Assembly: GCA_976226885.1 (NCBI GenBank)
Contig: OZ320316.1
Span: 37,262,001-37,326,000, forward strand
Direction: 5' to 3'
Origin: Iphione sp. A-MEVVRFRX5
Taxonomy: Eukaryota
DNA length: 64,000 nt
The notes beneath the pieces were generated by a model. That model was not told where the DNA came from and did no database searches. It was given only the letters and a program-made list of their open reading frames with translations. Below are positions 36,384 to 47,156 of the stretch, piece after piece (the first letter of the stretch is position 1; every line of letters begins with the position of its first letter). The position numbers were made by a program, and so were the translations under genes.

Positions 36384-36478
36384 TAACTTGAATGTTAGAT
36401 TTTTCATGTCCCTGTATGGCCACTGTAAATCTAACTTGAATGTTAGATTTCCATGTCCATATAAGGCCAATGTAAATC
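36384..36478. repeat. 48-bp tandem duplication
   Basis: TAACTTGAATGTTAGATTT...GGCCA.TGTAAATC starts at 36384 and again at 36432. Confidence 0.8.
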
Positions 36479-38232
36479 CTAGCCTAGGAAAGGTTGAAAC
36501 ATGACACACCCTTTACTACTAAACGATCAATATTCAAGAGGGAAATAGGAACTTTGCATGGAATCAAACGTTCCCAATACAACTGAAAGGTTCCGCCCAA
36601 AGGGCAACCCTATATACCTGTGTGAAATTACACAGGTGTTGACAGATGTACTATGCTGTTATGGCAGTATTCGTTTAAAGCCTTTCTAGTTCAAGGTACA
36701 CAACCTCACTGTACTAATACGTCTTGGTCGATTAAAGGGGAAACATTTGGTGTTTTGGGGAATGACGTTTACATTCTGTGTCTGTGCACCTATCAATAAT
36801 AAATTGCATTTAAAATCACATTTGAGTGTAGATGTATCAAGGGGCATTTGACAGGGGTTTTTAAATTATTACCCGGCATTAAAGATCCAGCGAGGATTTC
36901 ACCCATATCTGAAGTATTTCAGTTTGAAAACTTTGATTCCCTGTGGTGTTTTTTACTAACGCTAGTGTGGGAAAATTTGGTCTGGACCTCTCATAATCGA
37001 TAGGCAATGGAATCATAGAAATTTTGTGCGTAACTTTAAATCGTAGCCTCAAAAGCACCGTTCAAACGACAAATGCTAAATCTACAAAGAAACCACAGAT
37101 TATCTGTTGCATACCTGCGCTAAATGAAAATAATGGGGGGCGGGGGTCTTCAGAGTAAGATGAATGGGAGGGTATCTTGCAGGGTCAGCTGAATATGAGT
37201 ATACAAATGGTTAGTACAAAGATGAAAGCTTTTGAATAAAACATAGATGTACATGCAGATTCTGAACATGCTTCTAAGTTGAAAATCGTGTAAAAGAAAC
37301 TAAAGAGGTTTGGTAGAGAAATTATGTGCCGAAGTTTCCATCCCTAAAAAAGATAACTGGATCTCTGGATTAGAGGAAATGTGCAAAAAGATATGTTTGT
37401 CATTATTACATAACACTAGTGGGGTGACCTAAAGAAACAACTCGATCTACTTAAGCATAGCAAGTTCATATGTGGTCATCCTAAAGACAGTGATTTAGGC
37501 CTTGACAATAATGTAGAGGATGACACCAGAAGATTTCTCTTCCGCAGTGCCGGAATTTCGTTTCCTCTGGACAGCGCATGTCATGTCGAGATGTACGCAG
37601 ACAGTATAAAAGGTCAATCGACATACATATCATCAGACATAACTGCGTGGACGCACCTACTATATCTTCCCTATGATATAAACAAGACGGCCTTTCTGAC
37701 CAGGATATCGATGTCAAGGGCGAGTGTTCCACAGACCGATAATTGGGAAATCAATTACTTCTGACCTTTGCAAACATCCTAATATGACTGAAGACACGGT
37801 TTAAATGAAGGCCGTTGAAGTAAGAATACGCGTTGTTATCAGGATGAAGAATGGGCTGGTCAGGCTGGAGGCTGGTCAGACTGCTTACATTCGCCTCCTG
37901 TGCTTTCACCATTGGCTCCGGATATGAACAAAAATTTAATATCTACATTAAATATGGTACATGCTATATTGCACTTTCTTTAAGCTATAATGAAATAACC
38001 AATAGACTGAACTCGCTGGGTTTCTTCGTTATTGAAAGGTACCTTCATATTTGCACTACAAATGGTCATGTAGTAGTCAATAATGTTGTATAGTTTAAAG
38101 AAACAGCTCACGTACTACATATTGTGTCCATTAGTGATTGGAATACGATACAGTACTATCCCTGAAACGCAATGCGGTAAAAAGATGCGGCATAAGGAGG
38201 TAAGTACTGAGCCAATTTTCTGTTGAACGAAT

Positions 38233-41200
38233 ATGCAATGTCACAACAAGAAGCAGCTGGCCACGGATATTGCGGCAGCAAAGACACGTCAGGAGGCCAG
38301 GCGACTTGGAGCGACAGTTGAGCTAAGCGAAGGGTGGTCTAAGGGCCGCAATCAGGCTATTTTGGATATTGTTAGCGGAAAATCGGTTCAATGTAAGAGT
38401 TTCAGATGTGCCCTACTTGCCACTGATTCTAGACACATAGTCAAGGGTGGGAGAGACCACTATTTCAGTGTCGGCTCCTCAATACGTGACCAGCGCTTCT
38501 GGATAGAACATGGCCCGATAAGAGATTTTTGGATCAGTTTTGGAACACGAATGTGTCAAAAATGATATGGACTTTACGGAGCTTTCACAATGCGTGATTA
38601 ATTCATTATCTCGAGTCTGAGATAACGTGAGCACTATCTTACATATTTAGTGCATCGAATGATCCCTTGTGTTGCTTTTCACTGACTAATTGCTTACCAG
38701 TAGATCATGTGGGTCTTCCGTTAATGGTGAGTTTACTAACGCTCTTGTGCTCTCCTCTGTAATACTAGCACACCTTTTCCCTTTTCTTGCATTGTTTAAT
38801 TTTGCAGCAACTATACTATTGCTCAATCGTATACTGAGTAATTACACTGAAAAAATAAACTTGTCCTGGCCTTGACTCTGGTAACAGGTTTTGCCTTGTC
38901 CTGTTGACGGTCATACAATGTACAAGTACTCAGTGACAACCCTAACACTTGTCATATAGACAAGCCACTGACAATGCCAGGACAAGTTCATTTTTTTAGT
39001 GTACTATTAAACTTATTCGCTGCCTGCTCATTAGGCCACTACAATAGCAGTCCTAACAAAGGTAGGCTTGAGAACTGTTTGAAGCGCTTTGGTATGCCGC
39101 AAAATGGTATTGATGCAACCATAAATCATATCGCGCTTGTCTTCACCTGGTATTTACTAACATGCAGCACATACCCAAGGCTGAAACTGGAGACATGTTT
39201 GCTAGCGATCACATTCCCACTTACATTGTGAATATAAGAATGAGGGAGTCCAAGTACAAGAGTAGGTTCAAGGCTAGAAGCTACAAAAATTACAATCACT
39301 TGCTCCATATCTTATTGCAGCCGTGCACGGCTAGTGCCGCATGCGGCACACAGCATGTCATGCGGCATGTGGCATGTAGGCTTGGGGTGGAGTGGCACCC
39401 CCGGGATGAACTGTATAAATAGGGGCATCTGGGGCATGCTGCAATCAGTTGAGTACTCACTATGGTCTGATGCACATGTTGTCTTTTCTGTAATAAACAT
39501 CAGTCTCTTACCTGCTGTCATGACTTTCTGGTGTAATGGGAAATCCTACATTATTACATTATTCCCAAGGTTGAGAACTTACCACCTCCTGACATTTCTA
39601 ATACTGATGCGGTCTGGGACTCAATTGAAATCTTAAGGGAGATATCTAACACGTTCCATATGCCACTAGACACATGAGCACTATAAGAATAAATGGATGA
39701 CTATGGAAATTAGGGAAAGCATACTGAACCGTTAGTACTTTTTGTGGAAACATAGTCCTCTAAGGATTTGGATTATTTTCGCATGACAAAGTTTGACAAG
39801 AAGTTAAAATCCTAGTGCAAACCGCCAAAAAGGCATACGTCCAGACTCTCTTAAGTAGGTGTAAGCACCCCAAGAATCACTGGTCGGTAATCAATAGGGT
39901 TGTCCTCTGTAAAAGAGGTTAAAACAAATGTCAGACTGAAGGAGAATGGGTGCTGGGTTGACAATAATGCAGTACCAACAATCCTGAATGACTGGTTCAC
40001 AGTTAAAGCAGCAGAACCAGCTTCGAAATTTAAAAGGATGCCCAATGCCCATAAGGTGGATTCTGCAGGTGAAAGTTGGGAGGTCAAATCTATTTCCCTA
40101 AAAGATTTAAGGAAGGTTGTCCTCAAACTTGACTCTCGCAAGTCGTCCGGTATCCCAGATGACCCGATGAGGCTGTTAAAAGATGCCGTGTTTGCATGTC
40201 CAAACTTGTTCCATGATATATTAATGATTCACTGACGGCGGGTTATATACCTATCCAAAAAAAAAGGCTAACACCTATGTAAAAGAAAGTTTTGGACTGC
40301 ATCGTATCTGGTATGAGTAAATTTGTAAAGAATTTCATTCACAGTCAGTTAACTAATTTTCTAGAGTCTAAATACTTGATGGTAAAAGAGCAGCATGGTT
40401 TTAGACAGGTAAAAGGCACTGACACTGCACTTGCTGTATTTCTAAAGGATGCGAATGAATCAATTAATGATAACAAGCATTTTGGTGTAGTCTTCCTTGA
40501 TCTAAGCAAGGCATTAAATTTCATTAATCAATGACGTGTTGTGGAGAGACTGGCTGGGTATGGAGTTGGCAGTGAGTTTAATAAAGTTATGCATGACACA
40601 CAGGTATCAGAATGTTTTTTGTCACGATCATAGCTCGACACTTAAGCAAGTGTTACAGGGGGTTCCTCAGGGAGCCTGATGGGACCCGTACTGTTCACCT
40701 TGGTGATGAATAGCCTGACATCAAACCTCTTGATAACTACTGTGAATATGTTCGCGAATGACTTGGTGATACACTACTCTGCTGCAAATGTAGTTGCTCT
40801 CAGATTAAAACTTCAAAGAGGACTCAAAGACATTCATGAATGGTATACCTCAAATGGGTTGGTAATCCACCCAGACAAGTGTTACTACATGACCCTTGGC
40901 AAAACGAGTTCCTTTGATTTGGACCTGAGTATAGCTGTGGTGTAAATATAGAAAACGTTTAAAAAAGGCTACTTGTCTTGGCTAGAGGGTACATGATATG
41001 CTAAGCTGGACGCCCGTAGGAAATCACATGAGATAAAAAGCAAGACAAAGGGGCTGGACCCTAGCTAAAGCCTGTCATGTCCTTAAATTCAATGTGCGAG
41101 CCAGCCTCTTTACGTCTTTCATAATTCCCATTTTTAGCTATGGGTAATGTTTCCTGGTACATGATAAACAAATTCTAGAGATATTGTAGATTGAACAAAA

Positions 41201-41387
41201 CAACATTCTGAAAATTGTGACATTAGGCATTCGAAGATCTGTGCGATCAGAAAAATCACTAAGAAAATCCTTGAACCTCTCTGATCTCATGATACAGAGT
41301 ACAATTCCGGTTTATAAACTTATAGAACCTTAGTCTGTGTCAACCTCAACTAACCAAAAGAAGGACCATGCTAAGCTGTGGTAATCT
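38233..41387 (+). mobile_element. Older decayed L2/Crack-type LINE, 5' portion (possible ORF1, APE, RT)
   Basis: FASDHIPTY..RSYKNYN (APE SDH), KLDSRKSSGIPD, EQHGFRQVKGTDTAL...VVFLDLSKAL, GVPQG/LMGPVLFTLVMNSL...NMFANDLVI and WYTSNGLVIHPDKC; multiple frameshifts. The 5' limit is approximate. Confidence 0.85.
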
Positions 41388-41394
41388 GTGGTAA

Positions 41395-42303
41395 CCGCAG
41401 GGCTCAACCTTAGGGCCGTTAATGTTCAGTGTTTTTATAAATGATTTACCAGCTGTAACTGGTGACAAAAATATAATTTTATACGCAGACGACACAGTGT
41501 TATTTGTAACATGCCCAACAGTACAAGAGATTGAACAGAAATTGCAGGTCTTGATGGACAAGGTTTACATGTGGTTTAAGAACAACAAAATTATGTTAAA
41601 TGTTGATAAAACGAAAATGACTGTATTTAGTAGTAAACGTAATGCAATGTCAGCACACTGTAAGTGTAGCGTTGATGGTCGGTTATTAGATGTTGTATCC
41701 CATTACAACTACCTTGGAGTTGAATTGGATGAACAATTGACATTTGATGTGTTTCTACGTAGGAAGTTAAAAAATGTCTCTCATAAACTTTGGTATTTGA
41801 ACAAGTTGAAGACCTTTATCCCGAAGGATTTGATGACGATTATGATAAAAACATATGTAATACCTATCCTAGAGTATGGGATGTGTTGTTGCCCAAATGA
41901 TTCCAGACTGTATAAAAAGCTAGAATCAATGTTCACCTACCGAACGAGCCAAATTTTGGGTGTGGATAGGAGGGATGTCTATTCCAAATTAAACATATTA
42001 GATATTAGCGCACGTCAGGAAATTCAGTCACTCTCAATACTTTGGCAATATCAAAACAGTGGTTTCGGAATGGAATTAACAAAATTAAATGAAAGAGGAA
42101 ATGTCCGGGAATCTAGACGTCATGCTTTATTAATACCGTTCGTCAGAATAGAGAAATTCAGAAAATCACCCCTCTATAGAAGTGTTATTAACTGGAACAA
42201 ATTACCAGCTGATGTTTGCGATGTTCGAGAATTACAGTTGTTCAAAAAAAATGTAGTTGCATACTATAATAGACGAAGAAAAGAAAATCTAAAAGTGTCT
42301 TAA
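41395..42303 (+). pseudogene. Reverse transcriptase C-terminal half (5'-truncated ORF2, 302 open codons)
   Basis: PQGSTLGPLMFSVFINDLP...ILYADDTVLF...WFKNNKIMLNVDKTK...YLGVELDEQLTF...YVIPILEYG...KSPLYRSVINWNKLP...FKKNV; YADD intact, no internal stops. Confidence 0.9.
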
Positions 42304-42332
42304 AAAGTGACACTCGAATGTAGGAGACGTTG

Positions 42333-42649
42333 TTAGATATGGGTTCATGTCTGACAGTTAATTCAGAAAAAATTAACATCAAAGAAATGGTATATATAAT
42401 TTAGATATGGTTCATATCTGACATGGCTATGAGTAACTAGCAATGTATACTTAAGGTGTAGATATGGGTTCATGTCTACATATTGACATAGCTATAAGTC
42501 TACAATCTAAGTGCCGATATGGGTTCATGTTGGCTGATAATAACGGTACACATATAGTAAATTGTACAAGACATACTGAATTGGACAAACACATTGAGTG
42601 TTATGGATAAAATGTTTTTTCTCGCTGCTGATATGGGTTCATGTCAGCA
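42333..42649 (+). other. Array of five RNA-like hairpins with loop GG(G)TTC in the LINE 3' UTR
   Basis: Hairpins at 42333-42354, 42401-42421, 42456-42481, 42513-42534 and 42626-42649. They share the core GATAT-GGGTTC-ATGTC, and the outer stems differ but stay paired. Confidence 0.75.
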
Positions 42650-42885
42650 TATATATTTTATTCAAAGAATGTAAAAATACTACATTACTCCACAGCAATT
42701 AAGAAAGTGTTATGCTACATATCAGAGAGAAAGTTATACAACAATATCATTGCCTGTATCCTCAACATAGACATTACATTCCATTGTATTCACCTGTACA
42801 AAGATCTGGAGATCATTACTTGTAAAAGTATATTTCATCCTTCAGAAATAAAATATTCTCAATCTCAATCTCAATCTCTCAATCT

Positions 42886-43266
42886 ACTGCACAGGCCTAG
42901 ACCCAAAGTAAGCCAATATACAAAAAGTTTCTGGCACTGTGGTGTTTTATCATGGAATAACCTCCCAATCTATGTGAAAAGTGAAAAAGATGCTAATCTG
43001 GTAAGGAAGTACCTTATCAACATCACAGACAGACAGTCTCAGAGTTAATTCCTATTAAGGCCGTATGCTTTTTAGCTGATGTCTTGAGCCATCTTTCTGC
43101 CTGGTGATCTATATTACTCTTGCATTATCTCTTCATCATAATTCGTCTAAATGTTTCACTTACTTCTGTTTTGACTGCATGTCATAACCGTAGCACTTTT
43201 TTATATGTATTTTTCAACAATTGCGCTGAAAGCCCACTATAATTACACGAATGAAGTGAAATAAAC
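42886..43266 (+). mobile_element. Older LINE, 3' portion resumed after the nested insertion
   Basis: LHRPRPKVSQYTKSFWHCGVLSWNNLP...* (stop at 43048), then a UTR and AATAAA at 43260-43265. It joins in frame to RTMLSCGN(L) before 41388. Confidence 0.75.
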
Positions 43267-43532
43267 ATCCAATTGAGTTCAAATAGGAGTGATTCATTGT
43301 ATGATTTGCCACACTTATAGAAGGACGTGGAATTAAAATAATTTTCCGGTGAACCTCTCTTGTCGTGCTACCTGATTATCCTATGCATTTCTTATTCGTT
43401 AACATATGAGCGCCATGGTTCTGTGCCTTTTGTTTAGTTGTCAAATGATTAATGGATATTCCTTTCAAGATGCCATTATCACTAGATCGCACACAAATGT
43501 ACATGTGATTCTTGACAAAAGAGAGGGAGAAT

Positions 43533-43556
43533 GAAAGAAAGAAAGAAAGAAAGAAA
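43533..43556. repeat. (GAAA)6 microsatellite
   Basis: Read directly. Confidence 0.85.
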
Positions 43557-44059
43557 GAGAGGAAGAGTGAGATAGAGAATATATTAGCCCCCTCCCCCGC
43601 AAAATAGGTGTGCTTCTGGTTACAACCAGCCCAAAACCTAGGTAGGGAAGGAAATGTTTTTATTTTATTTTTTATCATTATTATTTTTTGCTTAGAAGGA
43701 GACCCATAAGATCATGATTGAAAATCTGATGGATGGATAGCACAATTTCTAATGTCTCCCACTCCTCTTAGAGATAGAGGACAACAAAGAATATAAAACA
43801 GTTATAATTTACAAACTCCTTCTAAGATCATCAGTATATACAGTGGAAACCTTCTTAAGGGAAACAAGGCCACTGTGGACAACGCTTTCTATGGACAGCA
43901 ACACAGCAGAATGGTACCAGAACCCTCTATTCAATACCTAAGACCTTCTGGCTGCTGTGGACAGTTACCTGCAGGAGACACATACATGTGGACAGCCTTA
44001 CTTAAGTCAAAATGAGGCAACTTGTATTGCCTTTGCAGACATTGAAAGGGTTTTGTAGA

Positions 44060-44220
44060 TGCAAAAATGCAGTACAAGATGGACAAAAATGACAAAACAT
44101 GGTAAAACTGATGCAAATTTAGATGAAAATGGCAAAAATTGATGCACATTCAGCCCCAAAATGCAAAAGATGCAAATTTAGCTGTAATAGAGCAAAGTTA
44201 ATTCCAATTTGGTTAAAAAC
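44060..44220. repeat. Degenerate ~30-bp minisatellite of the family seen at 4761-4890, 16200-16420 and 17190-17400
   Basis: Units such as AAAATGGCAAAAATTGATGCACATTCAGCCCC and AAAACATGGTAAAACTGATGCAAATTTAGATG. Confidence 0.5.
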
Positions 44221-47156
44221 AGCATTCCCACTGTCCACGTGTGTTGGTAGATTTGGGGATATGCTTGGCATTGTCTTTTAAAGTCCTCCTGACTTATCCC
44301 AGTCCAACCTTCATACCCTCCTCAGGTGTTGCTAGATCTTATGGTATTCCCAGCAACATCCCCTGCAGCAAATGATCTACCCTTATATAATGGATGCTAA
44401 ATAAGAATAGTTTGTGCATCATCTTATAAATGTCATAACCTTTGGCTTAAAGTCATATGCATTGGTTGAGCTTTCATTTTTGTGTGGCCATAAGGCCTCG
44501 CATTGTTTTTTTTTATATCAATCATCACTACATGCCTTGCACATAGGATACCCAGACTAATACTTCTCCAAAGTTCATTTGCTCTTTTCTACATTTCAGC
44601 CATCATGATAATACTAAACATCATATCAACTAATAGAAGAAACATCAAAGAAGGTTTTTATGGGACCCAGACTGGTCATCTGTGTAGAATAGGCTAAAAA
44701 ATGTACTATGTGTAAATATTTCATATTACTCTACTAAATGTTTAGATTTATAGTCTTATTTTGTAATGACATTGTATATTTCTCCCTTCCTTTGTGCATT
44801 AGAGACTCTCTGAGGCCAACAACCTTTTCAGCTGGGGTGAGGTTTTGCTAGGTTATGGGGTAACCAGAAACATACCTATGTTTTGGGCCTTAGTAGTTTT
44901 AACGAACAAGATCTAAACGTAAGTATGTTAAATATCATCATTTGGGTATTCGACCACCGCAGCAACAGTATCTACTCTTGAATACTGACCCAGAAGTAAG
45001 GCAACGTGCCTTGTGTCGTCAACGTCCGTAGGGTACCAATAGGTATGCGGGCTTGTCGTCTCTTATAGAGCAGCGAGTTCATCCCCTGGGGACAACGGGT
45101 TCTTGCAGACAATACTTAATGAGCCTACAATAAGACTGGGAGCACGGTGTTGTTATCTATAGTGTTCACTGTCAGTCATTCTGTAAACCACTTGCTGGAT
45201 TCCGTGCCCATTACGCCGTGGCCCCTCCGACATATAGCATAGGCCTCGTCGGACGGACCCGCTCGGTGTAGAGAGACGCGCCGTGGCCGGCGGCGAGGGT
45301 GATTATCGAACACAAATTAGTGCCTCTTATTGCGGGACTCTACGTCCGGCTCAGGGGCCAATATCTATAATGAGGTATTGTTGCCGAAGAAAACAACGAC
45401 AGATATTTCCAATCGCGTAATTGGTAAGAAAGAAATTAGTAATTCTCCCGCTGCACCCCATCTCCGAAGAGATCATACCGTCTAAAAGGCAACACAAGCA
45501 ACACCGAAAGCACGAGTGCAATATCAAGTGTATGAATGTGTCTGTAAGCATGCACATGATACTTATATACAAGTATATGATTAATTCCTCATCGAACGTT
45601 TTATGATAATAAGTCTGGATTACGAAACCGGATGTTAGTAGGTTAACCTTGGAGAGCCTCCGACTACTCAATATTTAAGAACATAATAATGTCACATCCG
45701 CGCACAGAGAAGTAGAATCATTCTATCATACAGAGATGTTAGGTATAAATACCGCTTGACAGCTTTTAGACAGTTCGTATCCCTAACCAAGTTTCGAAAT
45801 CTGTTTAAAAGCATTCGAAAGCCTCCCAGTTTACTTTGCTCATGTTGGTTGAATTCTAAGGTTCAATGGAATGTCTACATACCTATTCAGCATACCTTCT
45901 CGGGAAATTGTGAGGGACTGAATTGTCAAAATGGAGATTTATGCGGATACATTGAAGTCAACTGCTGTTTTCCTTGTCCCACGCTCTTTCGAATCATTCA
46001 CAAAGAGGCATTGGCGCAAACGGAAATCCCGCAGAGCTTCAGCAACGTTACTGTAGGAACCATCTGCCCCAGCCAATACCCCATGAAGCATGGTGCCCCC
46101 TAAAGTTTCTAGTTGCAATGTTTTATGGTAACATCGCCAATAGGTTCCTAATGGCAGAGTGATAAAAAGACAAGAGCAAAAGAAGTCAACAGAAGTATAT
46201 ATCGTATGATGAAGCACACTTGTACACATTTGTATGTTCATTTAGTACACAATACTACAGCACAAACTTCATGACAGCTGATACTGAAATGACAGCTGAT
46301 ACTGGAATGACTTCGAAATTTGCATTACCCCTTGCATTACCCCTCAACCAACCCCTGCGTACCTGCCTCCCTTCTATAGCAAGTATAATACGAAGTAAAG
46401 TTCTTTAGATAGGATGGAGGCCTTGGATAGCCCTATGCCACCGTATCGTGATTTCCATGCAGGTCAGGTTGCAATCAACATTAGCATCATCCCTTTAGCA
46501 TGGTTTGAATCATAATGGGTTGTTCACATAGAGATAGTAAGTTGCTCATGTCTGAGGGTGCATGCTTGACGTGTGGGTTATTTAATACATGTTGTAGGTT
46601 GAGCCAAGTGTAAATCTGGAAAGACGACTGATACGAAGTGACTTCACAGTAGGTCTGAATCGAAAAGGTCTTTATTTGTTCAACCTGCCTATATCTATAC
46701 TCTCCAAAACATCCCTAAGCGAATCACATCATGGTAACATTTCTAGTTACACTGCGTGTAATATTCTTACCAATCAGAGTAATCAATTACGACATCACGC
46801 CACTTTTCGAACAGTGCTAGTTACAAGGTACTCATTGGCTTAACCACTCGACAGTCGAAATCTGTGATCTTTAGCAGATTGATGAATCAATCACTGGTGC
46901 AGACCTTCAGTATGCTTCTAGGGTCACCTTTGACATATACAACTGGTTGGAGACACCTGGTCAATTCCACGTTAAGTGTGGCTATTAGGTAGGGGTAACT
47001 GTGTAAAAATAAACTATAATAGATGTTTTTTATAAACATACTATAATAAAGTATTCCTTTTAAGGATTCTATGGTGCAGAAATCAACACTCAGGGATATA
47101 TATTTCTAATGTGTCTGCTTGGATGAAATTAGTATTGTAAAATCTGCTAAATTGTA

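Larger units (their letters stand above)
41388..42880 (+). mobile_element. Young 5'-truncated L2/Crack-type LINE nested in the older LINE
   Basis: Begins at the (C)GVPQG motif, has an open ORF to its stop, a 3' UTR, AATAAA at 42847-42852 and a (TCAATC)n tail. AATCT occurs at both junctions (41383-41387, 42881-42885). Confidence 0.9.

Noticed and set aside
42333-42649. CRISPR-like array (palindromic repeats with unique spacers)
   Set aside because: Eukaryotic LINE UTR context, unequal spacing (about 55-115 bp), repeats differ in the outer stem, and no cas genes.
43839-44000. TA|CAGTGGAAACC Tc1/pogo-like left terminus (similar starts near 6703 and 7798)
   Set aside because: No matching right TIR found; at most decayed fragments.
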